Assembly (NCBI GenBank): GCA_028868545.1
Contig: JAGWUF010000001.1
Span: 26,204-90,203 of the forward strand
From: Lysobacteraceae bacterium
GTDB taxonomy: Bacteria > Pseudomonadota > Gammaproteobacteria > Xanthomonadales > Xanthomonadaceae
Direction: 5' to 3'
DNA: 64,000 bases
Shown: in pieces, positions 7,092-17,471 of the stretch
Layout of the letters: each line of letters opens with the position of its first letter
Position numbering within the stretch: position 1 is the first letter of the stretch
Made by a program: the position numbers and the translations under genes
The notes under the pieces: generated by a model
What the model was told of the DNA's origin: nothing
The model's input: only the letters and a program-made list of their open reading frames with translations
Databases searched by the model: none

Positions 7092-9503
7092 TCAGTACTT
7101 CTGCTTCTGCCGCTTCGCCGGCTTGCCGCGCTCCGGCAGCGCCGGCAGGCCGGCGTCTTCCTCGGCCAGACGGAAGTCGATCTTGCGCTCTTCCACGCTG
7201 GCCTTCAGCACCACGATGCGGACGCGGTCGCCGAGCCGGAACTCGCGGCCGCGGCGTTCGCCGGTGAGCGTCTTGCGCACCGCGTCGAAGTGGTAGAAGT
7301 CGCGCGGCAGCTGGGTGACGTGGACCAGGCCGTTGACCTTGGAATCGTCCAGCTCGACGAACAGACCGAAGCTGGTCACGCCGCTGATGGTGCCGTCGAA
7401 CTCCTTGCCGACGTGGCCTTCCATCCACGCCGCACGGTAGCGCTCGTCGACTTCGCGCTGGGCTTCGTCGGCGCGGCGCGAGCGTTCCGAACATTGCAGC
7501 GACAGGCTGGCCATTTCGTGCGGCGAGTATTCATACGCCTCCGGCCGGCCGCCGGCCAATGCGTGCTTAATCGCGCGGTGCACCAGCAGATCCGGGTAGC
7601 GCCGGATCGGCGAGGTGAAGTGCGCGTAGGCCTCCAGCGCCAGGCCGAAGTGGCCGATGTTGTCCGGCGCATACACCGCCAGCGACTGGCTGCGCAGGAT
7701 CACCGACTCCAGCAGCGCGGCGTCGGGGCGCTCGCGGATCTTCTCCAACAGCGCACGGAAATCCTTCGGCTTCACCTTGCCCCACGGCGGCAGGCGCAGC
7801 GCGAACTCCTTGAGGAATTCCTCCAGATCGGCGTACTTGGACTCCGGCGGCTTGTCGTGGTCGCGGTAGGGCGCGGGGACGCGCGCCTCCAGCAAGTACA
7901 GCGCGGCCTGCACGTTGGCCGCGATCATGCACTCCTCGATCAGCTTGTGGGCGTCGTTGCGCTGGAGCATGCCGGCCTGGGTCACCACGCCCTTGGCGTC
8001 CAGCACGAAGCGCACTTCGCTGCTCTCGAACTCGATCGCGCCACGCTTGGCGCGCGCCCTGTCGAGGACCTTGTACAGCTGGTGCAGGCGCTGCACCTGC
8101 GGCAGCAGCGCGCCGATCTTGGCCAGCGCGGCGTCGTGCTCGTCCTCCGGGATGCCCTCGCCCACCGCGTTCCACACGTCGGTGTAGGTCAGACGCGCGT
8201 GCGAGTGCATCACCGCCTCGTAGAACCGGCTCGACGTGACGATGCCGTCGCGGCCCACCTGCATGTCGCAGCAGAAGCACAGCCGGTCCAGCGCCGGATT
8301 GAGCGAGCAGATGCCGTTGCTCAGCGTCTCCGGCAGCATCGGCACCACGAAACCGGGGAAATACACCGACGTGGCACGCAATTGCGCTTCCTCGTCCAGC
8401 GGCGTTTCCGGCTGCACGTAATGCGACACGTCGGCGATCGCCACGATCAGACGGAAGCCGTCGGCGTTGGGTTCGCACCACACCGCATCATCGAAATCCT
8501 TGGCGTCCTCGCCGTCGATGGTGACCAGCGGCATCGCGCGCAGATCGACGCGCCCGGCGATGTCGGCGGGGGTCACCTGCAATGGGATGGCCGTGGCCTG
8601 GGCCAGTACCTCGGGCGAAAATTCGTGCGGAATGTCGTGGCCGTGGATCGCCGCTTCCACCGCCTGGCTGGCGGTGAGCTTGTCGCCCAGCACCGCCAGC
8701 ACCTTGCCGATCGGTGGCCGGTGCGCATCCTGCGCCGTGGTGATTTCCGCCACCACCAATTGCCCGGTTTTCGCACCGCCGCATGCCTCCTGCGGAATCA
8801 GCACATTGCGCTGGATGCGCTTGTCGTCGGGCACCACGTAGGCCACGCCCAGTTCTTCGGTGTAGCGGCCCAGCAGGCGGGTCAGGCGGCGTTCCAGCAC
8901 TTCGACGATGCTGGCTTCACCACGCCCGCGCCGATCCATGCCGGTGAGGCTGACCAGCACGCGGTCGCCGTGGCTGACCTTGCGCATCTCGTACGGCGGC
9001 AGGAACAAATCGTCGCCGCCGGCCTCCGGACGCAGGAAACCGAAGCCGTCGGGGTTGGCGATCACGCTGCCGGGGATCAGCTCGGCCTGCGCCGCCGGCA
9101 CGTAGCCGCCGCGCCGGTTCTGCAGCAGCTGACCGGCGCGCAGCATCGCGCCGAGGCGTTTTTGCAGCGCCTCGAAGCGGTCGGGCGCGGTCAGCGCCAA
9201 TTTCTGCGCCAGGGCCCGGTCGTCCATCGGGCCATCCTGCGCAGCCAGCACCTGCAGGATCATTTCGCGGCTGGCAATCGGGTGTTCGTAACGCTGCGCC
9301 TCACGCTGCGCGTGCGGATCGAAACGCGGCGCGGTTGGATGCGTGGCCACCGGCTTGCCCTTGCGCGGATGCGCAGGTGCCGGGGAGTCCGGCAACCACC
9401 CCGGCAATTTGCCTGCGCCCTTGCCTGGCTTGTTGCCGACATTGCCGGGACCCGCCCCCTTGCCGCCGCCACTGCTGCCGCGCTTGCTGGAAATTTTCTT
9501 CAT
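7092..9503 (-). CDS. rnr: Ribonuclease R
   Basis: RNB motifs VTIDGEDAKDFDDA, VAIADVSHYV and YAHFTSPIRRYPDL; N-terminal CSD (NPDGFGF) and C-terminal S1 domain. Start chosen at MKKISSKR. Confidence 0.97.
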   Translation of the reverse strand: MKKISSKRGSSGGGKGAGPGNVGNKPGKGAGKLPGWLPDSPAPAHPRKGKPVATHPTAPRFDPHAQREAQRYEHPIASREMILQVLAAQDGPMDDRALAQKLALTAPDRFEALQKRLGAMLRAGQLLQNRRGGYVPAAQAELIPGSVIANPDGFGFLRPEAGGDDLFLPPYEMRKVSHGDRVLVSLTGMDRRGRGEASIVEVLERRLTRLLGRYTEELGVAYVVPDDKRIQRNVLIPQEACGGAKTGQLVVAEITTAQDAHRPPIGKVLAVLGDKLTASQAVEAAIHGHDIPHEFSPEVLAQATAIPLQVTPADIAGRVDLRAMPLVTIDGEDAKDFDDAVWCEPNADGFRLIVAIADVSHYVQPETPLDEEAQLRATSVYFPGFVVPMLPETLSNGICSLNPALDRLCFCCDMQVGRDGIVTSSRFYEAVMHSHARLTYTDVWNAVGEGIPEDEHDAALAKIGALLPQVQRLHQLYKVLDRARAKRGAIEFESSEVRFVLDAKGVVTQAGMLQRNDAHKLIEECMIAANVQAALYLLEARVPAPYRDHDKPPESKYADLEEFLKEFALRLPPWGKVKPKDFRALLEKIRERPDAALLESVILRSQSLAVYAPDNIGHFGLALEAYAHFTSPIRRYPDLLVHRAIKHALAGGRPEAYEYSPHEMASLSLQCSERSRRADEAQREVDERYRAAWMEGHVGKEFDGTISGVTSFGLFVELDDSKVNGLVHVTQLPRDFYHFDAVRKTLTGERRGREFRLGDRVRIVVLKASVEERKIDFRLAEEDAGLPALPERGKPAKRQKQKY

Positions 9504-9532
9504 GCCACGATGGTACAGCCTGCAAAAAACTG

Positions 9533-9561
9533 TTGACAGCACCAGCCTATCCCCGGAAAAT
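9533..9561 (+). promoter_or_regulatory. Sigma70 promoter for tRNA-Leu
   Basis: TTGACA (9533-9538), 17 nt, GAAAAT (9556-9561), then a GC-rich discriminator. Confidence 0.7.
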
Positions 9562-9577
9562 GCGCGGCTCACCACCT

Positions 9578-9662
<85 letters not shown>

Positions 9663-9674
9663 CGTGATACAACG

Positions 9675-9700
9675 AAGGCCCGCGCAAGCGGGCTTTTTTG
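9675..9700 (+). terminator. Intrinsic terminator after tRNA-Leu
   Basis: AAGGCCCGC-GCAA-GCGGGCTTTTTT hairpin with T-tract. Confidence 0.85.
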
Positions 9701-9727
9701 TTGCCCTTGCCGAGGTCGGGCCCACCG

Positions 9728-10996
9728 ATGTTGATGCCGCCTCTTTCCGCGCCGCTGCTGGTCGGTTTCAGCGGCGGGCTGGATTCCACCGTGCTGCTGC
9801 AGCGCCTGGCCAGCACGCCGGCCGTGCGCGCACCGGGGCTGCGCGCCATCCATGTCCACCACGGGCTGTCCCCGCAGGCGGATGCCTGGGCAGCGCATTG
9901 CCAACGCGTCTGCGATGCCCTCGCGGTGCCGCTGCAGGTGGTACGGGTGGAAGTCGATGTCGCAGCGGGGCTGGGCCCGGAAGGTGCGGCACGCGCAGCA
10001 CGTCATGCCGCGTTCGAAGGCGCATTGCAGGCAGGCGAGATTCTGGCCCTGGCCCATCACCGGGACGATCAGGCCGAAACCTTCCTGCTGCGCGCCCTGC
10101 GCGGCGCCGGGGTGGACGGGCTGGCAGCGATGCGGCCCTGGCGCAGCTACGGCCACGGCTGGCTGTGGCGGCCCCTGCTGGGAGAATCACGCGCGGCGTT
10201 GCTGGCCAGCGCACGGCAGGCACAGTTGCACTGGCTGGACGACCCCGGCAATGCCAGCTCGGACTTCGACCGCAATTTTCTGCGCAATCAAGTCCTCCCG
10301 CTGTTGCGCCAACGCTGGCCACACGCCGCCGCAGCCTTGGCGCGCAGCGCCGCACTGAGTGCCGAAGCTGCAGATTTGCTGCACGAAGAGGATGCCGCCG
10401 CGCTGGCCGGCATCCGGATGTCGGGCGACACCGTGCAGATCGAAGCCCTGCTGGATTTGCCGCAGCCGCGCCGCGCACGCGTGCTGCGGCTCTGGATCGA
10501 TGACTTGCAACTGCCGCCGCTGCCGGCCAATGGCATCGCCCGCATCGAGGCCGACCTGTTGACGGCACGACAGGATTCGCAGGCCCGCTTCGACTGGGCG
10601 TCGGCACGGGTGCAGCGCTGGCGCGGCCTGCTGCATGCGGGCTTCATCCAGGCCGTGCTGCCGGCTGGTTTTTCGCAAGCCTGGGATGGCCGCCAACCGC
10701 TGCCTCTGCCTACCGGCGACTACCTGCGCCTGCTCGGAGCAGCACGGTTCGACGCCCCGTTGCGCGTGCACGCACGCCAGGGCGGCGAACGCATCGTGCT
10801 GCCCGGCAGGCGTCATTCGCATGCCCTCAAACATGTCCTGCAGGCCGCAAGCATGCCGCCGTGGCAACGCCTGCGCCTGCCCGTGCTGTCTGCGGGCGAT
10901 ACCGTGCTGGCGTGTGGCGATGGCATCGTCTCGGCAGCGCTGGCGCAGTGGTTGCTGCAGCACCGGGCGACGCTGCAATGGGTGCGGCTGGCGTAA
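9728..10996 (+). CDS. tilS: tRNA(Ile)-lysidine synthetase TilS
   Basis: PP-loop FSGGLDS, HVHHGL, LAHHRDDQAETFLLR, RPLL and RNFLR motifs; C-terminal TilS domain. Confidence 0.95.
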   Translation: MLMPPLSAPLLVGFSGGLDSTVLLQRLASTPAVRAPGLRAIHVHHGLSPQADAWAAHCQRVCDALAVPLQVVRVEVDVAAGLGPEGAARAARHAAFEGALQAGEILALAHHRDDQAETFLLRALRGAGVDGLAAMRPWRSYGHGWLWRPLLGESRAALLASARQAQLHWLDDPGNASSDFDRNFLRNQVLPLLRQRWPHAAAALARSAALSAEAADLLHEEDAAALAGIRMSGDTVQIEALLDLPQPRRARVLRLWIDDLQLPPLPANGIARIEADLLTARQDSQARFDWASARVQRWRGLLHAGFIQAVLPAGFSQAWDGRQPLPLPTGDYLRLLGAARFDAPLRVHARQGGERIVLPGRRHSHALKHVLQAASMPPWQRLRLPVLSAGDTVLACGDGIVSAALAQWLLQHRATLQWVRLA

Positions 10997-11005
10997 ACTG
11001 CAGGC

Positions 11006-11275
11006 ATGGCGAAGAAACCCGCATCCGTGCCCTCCCCTGTGCCTTCCCCCGTGGCCGACTTCGAGCAATCGATGCAGGCACTGGAGGCGTTGGTCGAAAA
11101 AATGGAGACCGGCGAGATGACGCTGGAGGAATCGTTGACGGCGTACGAACGTGGCGTCGGGCTGTATCGCCAATGCCAGGGCACGCTGGAACAGGCGGAA
11201 TTGCGGGTGCGCCTGCTCACCGACCCGGCCCGGCCCGAGGATGCCCGCGACTTCGATGACGGCGGCAATGCCTGA
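11006..11275 (+). CDS. xseB: Exodeoxyribonuclease VII small subunit
   Basis: [27 protein letters not shown]...C...L..AE pattern; upstream of ispA. Confidence 0.93.
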   Translation: MAKKPASVPSPVPSPVADFEQSMQALEALVEKMETGEMTLEESLTAYERGVGLYRQCQGTLEQAELRVRLLTDPARPEDARDFDDGGNA

Positions 11276-12152
11276 AGTGCACCTTGAGCAGTGGCGCACG
11301 CGCGTCGAAACCACGCTGAGCCACGCACTCCCGTCACCCGATGCGGCCCCCCGGCGCCTGCACGCCGCCATGCAGTACGCGGTGTTGAATGGCGGCAAGC
11401 GCATGCGTCCGTTGCTGGCGTACGCCACCGGCAGCGCTCTGGGCGCGGGGCTTTCCGCGCTGGATGCTGCCGCGGCGGCGGTGGAACTGATCCATTGCTA
11501 TTCGCTGGTGCACGACGACCTGCCGGCGATGGATGACGACGCCCTGCGCCGTGGCATGCCCACCGTGCATGTCGCCTTCGATGAAGCCACCGCCATTCTG
11601 GCCGGCGATGCACTGCAGACCCTGGCCTTTGCGGTGCTCGCCGACGCGCCGCTGCCTGCGGAGCAACGCGTGGCGATGCTGGCCGAACTGGCCCGCGCCT
11701 CCGGTGTTGCAGGCATGTGCGGGGGACAGGCGCTGGATATCGATGCCACCGGCACAACCATCACCGTGCTCGAACTCGAGCGTCTGCACGCCTTGAAAAC
11801 CGGTGCCCTGCTGCGCTGCGCGGTGCGGTTGGGGGCAATGGCCGCGGACGCGGATGCACACGCCCGTGCCTCGCTTGACCGGTATGCGGATGCGCTGGGA
11901 CTGGCGTTCCAGATTCGCGATGACCTGCTCGACATCGAGGGCGACGCCGCCACCCTGGGCAAGACCGCCGGCAAGGATCAGGCACAGAGCAAGGCCACGT
12001 TCCCGGCGCTGCTGGGGCTGGACGCAAGCAGGGCACGCCTGGCCGAACTGGCGGCCACCATGCAGGCCGCGCTGGACGAATTGGCCGGGCGCGGCCATGA
12101 CACCCTGGCACTGGCGGCACTGGCGCGCAAGGTCATCGAGCGCACGCACTGA
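11268..12152 (+). CDS. ispA: Farnesyl diphosphate synthase (polyprenyl synthetase)
   Basis: [38 protein letters not shown] and FQIRDDLLD motifs. Confidence 0.95.
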   Translation: MPEVHLEQWRTRVETTLSHALPSPDAAPRRLHAAMQYAVLNGGKRMRPLLAYATGSALGAGLSALDAAAAAVELIHCYSLVHDDLPAMDDDALRRGMPTVHVAFDEATAILAGDALQTLAFAVLADAPLPAEQRVAMLAELARASGVAGMCGGQALDIDATGTTITVLELERLHALKTGALLRCAVRLGAMAADADAHARASLDRYADALGLAFQIRDDLLDIEGDAATLGKTAGKDQAQSKATFPALLGLDASRARLAELAATMQAALDELAGRGHDTLALAALARKVIERTH

Positions 12153-12210
12153 ACGGCGTTGCCCTGCGCAGCAATGCCCCGAGCGGCAATGCGCGGCTCA
12201 GGGATCAGGA

Positions 12211-13866
12211 TCAGGAAGTACGGCAAGCCGCCAGCAGATCCTTGTTCCTGTGGTACACGCTGGTCTGCACGTCGAAAGCACCCAGCACCGTGGCAAACAG
12301 GTTGTCGTGGCTGGCCGGCTGGCCAGCCACATTGCGAAGACAGGCCATGTCGATGCGGTCGCCGGCCGCAAATCCCGGCGACAGCCACAGCACCATCGGC
12401 ACATGCAGTTGCGGCCTGGGCGCAACTGCATACGGCGCACCATGCAGGTACAGGCCGTATTCGCCCAGTGATTCGCCGTGGTCGGACACATACAGCATCG
12501 CCGCATCGCGCGCGGTCTGCTGCTGCAACAGGTCGATCACCCGCCCCAGCACGGCATCGGAATACAGGATCGCGTTGTCGTAGGCATTGGCGATCTGGGC
12601 CTGACTGCAGCGGTTCAATTCCGGGGTCTTGCAAACTGGCGTCCAACGTTCGAAGGCCGGCGGATAGCGCTCGAAATAATTGGGGCCGTGGTTGCCCAGC
12701 ATGTGCAACACGAGGATGACATCGCCCTGCATCGCCTGCAGTTTCTCCGGCAGCCCCGCCAGCAGGATTTCGTCGAAACAGCGTCCCGCCGCGCACAGGC
12801 CAGGAGCATCGTCAGGCCCCATGGTCTGCGATTGCACGCCGATGCAGATGCCCTTGCAGCCGGACTGGTTGTCGCGCCACAGGACCTGCACGCCGGCACG
12901 CGCCGCCACATCCAGCACCGATTCATGGCCGCGAATCGCGTCGCGGTCGTAGTGTTCACGCCCCTGCAGGGAGAACATGCACGGCAGCGCCACCTCGGTA
13001 CTGGTGCCGCAGGCGGTGACATCGGGAAAATTCACCACCGCGCGCCGGGCCAGCTCCGGCGTGGTTTGCCGGGTGTAACCGTTCAGCCCCCAGTGGTCGC
13101 CGCGCACGGTTTCGCCCACCGCCACCACCAGCAGGCGCGGCTTGCGCGTCGCCGCATCCGCGGGCCGGTGTGCATCCGCACCCACCACCTGGCGCGTGCC
13201 GGGCCGGGGGTTTTTCGCCGGCTTGAGCACATTCACCAAGGACACGATGTAGTTGCCCGGGGTGATCTTGTAACGCAGCACCTTGTCCGTGCGCATCAAC
13301 GCGAACACGCCCTGCGAAGACACGCCCACCGCACCGGCAGCCAGCAACACCATGGCCAGCACGAAACCGAGGCGCAGCAGCAAGCCGCGCTGCCAGCTGC
13401 GCGACTTGGGGCGGGTCAGCAACACCAGCACCGCAGGCAGCACGCCCAGCAACAGGGTGTGCAGCAGCATGCCGAAGGTCAGCAATTCACGGCTTTCCGC
13501 CATGTCGGTCTGCAGCACGTTGCGGATCATCTCCGCATCGAGCACCACCGCATAGCGCGTCATGTACCAATGCGCCAGCGCCGTCACCACCAGCAGCAAG
13601 GCCAGCAACGGCCGTGCCAGCCGGCCCCAGCACAGCAGGCCGAGCAGGAAGGCATGCAGTGCGAACACCGCCACCCCCAGCGACAGCAGAACCTGCGTCG
13701 ACCCGGTGCCGACGCGTACCGCCGCCCAGAACGGGCCATTGCAGACCAGCAGGAAATACAGGCTGACCAGCGCGATCAGTGCTTCCGTCGAAATTCCTGG
13801 GCGCCACCAGGGGCCATCCGCGTGCGCCGTTGCGCGCATCACCGTGCCACGTCCGAAATTTGCCAC
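12211..13866 (-). CDS. eptA: Lipid A phosphoethanolamine transferase (EptA family)
   Basis: N-terminal membrane helices; VGETVR, CGTST (nucleophilic Thr), HMLGNHGP.Y, YDNAI and YVSDHGESLGE sulfatase-fold motifs. Start could be 13839. Confidence 0.9.
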   Translation of the reverse strand: MANFGRGTVMRATAHADGPWWRPGISTEALIALVSLYFLLVCNGPFWAAVRVGTGSTQVLLSLGVAVFALHAFLLGLLCWGRLARPLLALLLVVTALAHWYMTRYAVVLDAEMIRNVLQTDMAESRELLTFGMLLHTLLLGVLPAVLVLLTRPKSRSWQRGLLLRLGFVLAMVLLAAGAVGVSSQGVFALMRTDKVLRYKITPGNYIVSLVNVLKPAKNPRPGTRQVVGADAHRPADAATRKPRLLVVAVGETVRGDHWGLNGYTRQTTPELARRAVVNFPDVTACGTSTEVALPCMFSLQGREHYDRDAIRGHESVLDVAARAGVQVLWRDNQSGCKGICIGVQSQTMGPDDAPGLCAAGRCFDEILLAGLPEKLQAMQGDVILVLHMLGNHGPNYFERYPPAFERWTPVCKTPELNRCSQAQIANAYDNAILYSDAVLGRVIDLLQQQTARDAAMLYVSDHGESLGEYGLYLHGAPYAVAPRPQLHVPMVLWLSPGFAAGDRIDMACLRNVAGQPASHDNLFATVLGAFDVQTSVYHRNKDLLAACRTS

Positions 13867-13942
13867 GAGCCGTCCGTCACTGTTCCGAAGCCGGGTTGAC
13901 GGGCGACAGTAACATTCCAGTCACCTGCCGCCCACTCGAACA

Positions 13943-15289
13943 TCACCGCGCGCCGCGACGCTCCCCTTGGCGCGCGCCGCGCTGGCCTTCGCGTTGCCCC
14001 TCGCGCTGACCCTCGCGTTGCACCGGCTTCGGGCCGGTATGCGCATGCGCATGCGCTTCCGGCTTGCGCGGCTTGCCGTGCGGGCGGCGGTTGCGCGACG
14101 GCCGGGCCGCACGCGGGGTGTTGTCGAACGGCTTGGCATCGCTGCGGATGGCGCGCGACGGGGCAAACCCGGCAACGGTATCCATCACAATGTCGCGGCC
14201 CAGCAGCTTCTGGATCTGGCGCAGCAGATGCGCCTCTTCCGGTGCCACCAACGAAATGGCCTCGCCGCTGGCGCCATTGCGGCCGGTGCGACCGATCCGG
14301 TGCACGTAGTCTTCAGCCACCATCGGCAAGTCGTGGTTGATCACCAGCGGCAGCTGCGGAATGTCGAGGCCGCGTGCGGCCACGTCGGTGGCCACCAGGA
14401 TCCGGGTCTTGCCGGATTTGAACTCGTTCAAGGCCTTCTGCCGCGCGGCCTGGCTCTTGTTGCCGTGGATGGCCAGCGCCGGCAAACCGGCGGCCTCCAG
14501 CTGCTCGGCCAGACGGTTGCAACCGTGCTTGGTCTTGCCGAACACCAGCACCTGTTCGGTATGGCGCTCGGCCAGGATCTGGATCAGCAGGTCGCGCTTC
14601 TTGTTGCCGTCCACCGGATGCGCACGGTGCTGGATGGTTTCCACCACGGTGTTCTGCGCCGCCACCTGCACCTGTTGCGGGTTCTTCAGGAAATCCAGCG
14701 CCAGCGCCTTGATGCGCGGCTCGAAGGTGGCCGAGAACAACAGCGTCTGACGCTGGCTGGGCACATGCTTCATCACCCGCTGGATCGACGGCAGAAAGCC
14801 CATGTCCAGCATGCGGTCGGCCTCGTCCAGCACCAGCAGCTGCACCTCGCCCAGCTTGCAGGTGCCGCGCTCCAGATGGTCGATCAAGCGGCCCGGGCAG
14901 GCCACCAGCACGTCCACGCCGCGCCGGAAGGCGTCGATCTGTGGCTGCATGCCCACCCCGCCGAACAGGGCGGTGACATTCAGGCGCAGATACTTGGCGT
15001 AGCTGCGCAGGTTGTCACTCACTTGCACCGCCAGCTCGCGGGTGGGGGTGAGGATCAGCGCACGCGGGCGATGCAGGCCTTGCGGCTTGGGCAGCTCGGC
15101 CAGCTTCTGCAGCAGCGGCAGACCGAACGCGGCGGTCTTGCCGGTGCCGGTCTGGGCGCCGCCCAGCACGTCGTGGCCGGCCAGCACCAGCGGAATCGCC
15201 TGGGCCTGGATGGGGGTGGGGGTGGTGTACTGGTTGTCGGCAAGCGCACGCAGCAAGCCGGGCGCAAGGCCAAGGGTTTCAAACGACAT
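13943..15289 (-). CDS. rhlE: DEAD-box RNA helicase RhlE
   Basis: Q motif PTPIQ, AQTGTGKT, PTRELA, DEAD, SAT and HRIGRTGR motifs; basic C-terminal tail with REGQ repeats. Confidence 0.92.
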   Translation of the reverse strand: MSFETLGLAPGLLRALADNQYTTPTPIQAQAIPLVLAGHDVLGGAQTGTGKTAAFGLPLLQKLAELPKPQGLHRPRALILTPTRELAVQVSDNLRSYAKYLRLNVTALFGGVGMQPQIDAFRRGVDVLVACPGRLIDHLERGTCKLGEVQLLVLDEADRMLDMGFLPSIQRVMKHVPSQRQTLLFSATFEPRIKALALDFLKNPQQVQVAAQNTVVETIQHRAHPVDGNKKRDLLIQILAERHTEQVLVFGKTKHGCNRLAEQLEAAGLPALAIHGNKSQAARQKALNEFKSGKTRILVATDVAARGLDIPQLPLVINHDLPMVAEDYVHRIGRTGRNGASGEAISLVAPEEAHLLRQIQKLLGRDIVMDTVAGFAPSRAIRSDAKPFDNTPRAARPSRNRRPHGKPRKPEAHAHAHTGPKPVQREGQREGQREGQRGARQGERRGAR

Positions 15290-15630
15290 CGGGAACTCCG
15301 GGTAACAGAAATCCACGCGCAAGGCGTGGGCGAACCCGTGCGATTCCCTGGAACCACGCACGAGCCGGCAGATGGCACGACGCCGGAACTCCGGGCCGTG
15401 TCTGCGCGACGAAAGGCGTGTGGGGAAAACGAGCCGCGAAGGCGGCGGGCGTGACCGGGAAAACGATCAGGCGTGCGCAGAACGTGGCGAATGATACGCC
15501 AATGCCCCGCCGCTGCGCCGCGCAGCTGAACCTGGCGTTCACGATTGCCGCCCCGCCAGGCCCGCACGCAGTGGTTCCCGCGCCCCGGTGCGCATGGCAA
15601 TCTGCATCCTTCCCCAAACCGATTCGCCCC

Positions 15631-15978
15631 ATGAAAATCGAAGTACGCCTCGCCCAATGGCTGCTGGCCAGCGTGTTCCTGGTGATGGGCGGGTTCCGCC
15701 TGTGGCAGGCCCTGCACGGCGTCGCCACCCCCAACATGGCCTTGCTGCTGAGCACCGGCGAAGTGCTGCTGGGCATCTTGATTGCCGCCGGCTGGCAACT
15801 GCGGGGGATGACCCTGCTCGCCGCCACCCTGCTGCTGGTGGATGCCGCCCAGTCGCACCCGTTCTGGCACTACAGCGGTGCCGCGATGGGCCCGCAACTG
15901 CTGCAATTCATGAAGAACATGGGTCTGGTGGGCGGGCTGGTGCTGCTGTCCACGGCAGGCGGTGCGAGGCGACGGTGA
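15631..15978 (+). CDS. DoxX-family membrane protein
   Basis: Short hydrophobic protein with H.FW and FMKNMGLVGGL motifs typical of DoxX/YphA. Confidence 0.75.
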   Translation: MKIEVRLAQWLLASVFLVMGGFRLWQALHGVATPNMALLLSTGEVLLGILIAAGWQLRGMTLLAATLLLVDAAQSHPFWHYSGAAMGPQLLQFMKNMGLVGGLVLLSTAGGARRR

Positions 15979-15985
15979 GGGGGAG

Positions 15986-17359
15986 CTACACCTCCACCAC
16001 CATCCCCGGCCTGGCCAACGTGGCTTGCACGCCGTGGCGTTCGAAAATTTCGCCGGCCAGGGCTTCGCGGGCGAGGTCTTCGCCGTGCACCAGAACCAGC
16101 GGCGGGGATGGGGTGAAGCCGGCGTACCAGTGCAGCAGGCCTTGCTGGTCGGCGTGGGCGGACAGGCCGCCGACGGTGTGGCGGTGGGCATTCACGCGGA
16201 CGTCGTGGCCGTGGATGCGCACCCATTTGGCGCCATCCACCAGGCGCCGGCCAAGGGTGCCTTCGGCCTGATAGCCCACGAACACGATGCGGGTCTGCCG
16301 CTTGGGCAGGCATTGGCGCATGTGGTGCAGGATGCGGCCGCCGCTGGCCATGCCGTTGCCGGCAATCACTATCGCGCCGCCGTGGATGCGGTTGATCGCC
16401 ATCGATTCCTCGGCGGTTTCGGTCACGCGCAGGTTGGGCAGGCGGAATGGATTGGGCGAGCCGCGCCAGACTTCGCGGGCCTCGGCATCGAACAGCTCAT
16501 GGTGGTGGTCGTACACCTGCACCACCTTCGAGGCCATCGGGCTGTCCAGGAAAATTTTCCAGCGCGACATGTCCCAGTCCGCCCAATGGCGGGCAAACCA
16601 GTACAGCAATTCCTGCGTACGCCCCACCGCGAACGCCGGGATCAGCACATTGCCGTGGTCGTGCCAGGCCTGATCCAGGATTTCGGCCAACTCGATGATG
16701 GTGTCGCTGCGCTGCTTGTGGTTGCGGTTGCCGTAGGTGGATTCCATCAGCAGCAGGTCGGCCTGCCCGATCTGCACCGGGTCGCGCAGGATGGGCGTGC
16801 CAGGCATGCCGAGGTCGCCGGAGAACACCAGTTTGCGACCATCGGCCCACAGCTCGACGATGCTGGAGCCGAGGATGTGGCCGGCATCGCGGAAGGCGAT
16901 CTCCACGCCCTCCAGAATCTCGGTGCGCGCACCGTAGGGCAGCGGGCGCAACTGCGACAGCGCTTCACGCACGTCGTCGCGGGTGTACAGCGGCATTGCC
17001 TTGGGCTGGCCGGGCTTGCGCTTGCGGTTGCTGCGCTCGGCATCGTTCTCCTGCAGCGACGCCGAGTCCATCAGCATGATCGGCAGCAGGTCGACGGTGG
17101 CCGCCTGCGCATAGATCGGGCCATCGAAACCGGCCAGGGTCAGGCGCGGCACCCGACCGACGTGGTCGATATGCGCATGGCTGAGCACCAGCGCATCGAT
17201 CTGGCCGACTTCGAACGGAAATGGGGCGAAATTGCGCGCATCGGCTTCCGGGCTGCCCTGCACCATGCCGCAATCGATCAGGATGCGTTTGCCGGCCGCT
17301 TCGACCAGATGCATCGAGCCGGTGACCTCGCCGGCTGCGCCGTGGAAATGTACTTTCAT
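15986..17359 (-). CDS. Metallo-beta-lactamase/beta-CASP ribonuclease (COG1236-like)
   Basis: GAAGEVTGS, IDCG, SHAHIDH, DAGHILGS, FSGDLG, MESTYG and LSAHAD...LVHGE motifs. Confidence 0.9.
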   Translation of the reverse strand: MKVHFHGAAGEVTGSMHLVEAAGKRILIDCGMVQGSPEADARNFAPFPFEVGQIDALVLSHAHIDHVGRVPRLTLAGFDGPIYAQAATVDLLPIMLMDSASLQENDAERSNRKRKPGQPKAMPLYTRDDVREALSQLRPLPYGARTEILEGVEIAFRDAGHILGSSIVELWADGRKLVFSGDLGMPGTPILRDPVQIGQADLLLMESTYGNRNHKQRSDTIIELAEILDQAWHDHGNVLIPAFAVGRTQELLYWFARHWADWDMSRWKIFLDSPMASKVVQVYDHHHELFDAEAREVWRGSPNPFRLPNLRVTETAEESMAINRIHGGAIVIAGNGMASGGRILHHMRQCLPKRQTRIVFVGYQAEGTLGRRLVDGAKWVRIHGHDVRVNAHRHTVGGLSAHADQQGLLHWYAGFTPSPPLVLVHGEDLAREALAGEIFERHGVQATLARPGMVVEV

Positions 17360-17471
17360 GCGTCAACTCCATGCCCGTTCGTCGCAGCGTAACCCACCCC
17401 TGAACTTCCGGCAGGTGACGACCGCCGTCACAGTTCGGCATGCTATGCGGTTTCCACCTTCGGGAAATCCC

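Noticed and set aside
7020-9536. 838-aa plus-strand ORF, and similar long antisense or off-frame ORFs (21478-23472, 16965-18920, 34697-38278, 45356-47677, 57090-59345)
   Set aside because: All overlap well-supported genes on the opposite strand or in another frame and show Arg/Ala/Gly-rich shadow composition.
12211-13866. eptA as an acquired mcr-type colistin resistance gene
   Set aside because: Codon usage matches the host, there is no flanking IS or pap2 gene, and the context is chromosomal housekeeping, so it looks like a native EptA.
15631-15978. DoxX gene as the displaced fourth member of the MNIO operon
   Set aside because: It is 10 kb away, shares no visible upstream motif with the cassette, and DoxX paralogues are common. 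The sequence gives no support for the link.
15986-17359. MBL-fold gene as a beta-lactamase or defence nuclease
   Set aside because: The motifs fit the widespread beta-CASP RNase group. There is no signal peptide and no defence-associated neighbours.
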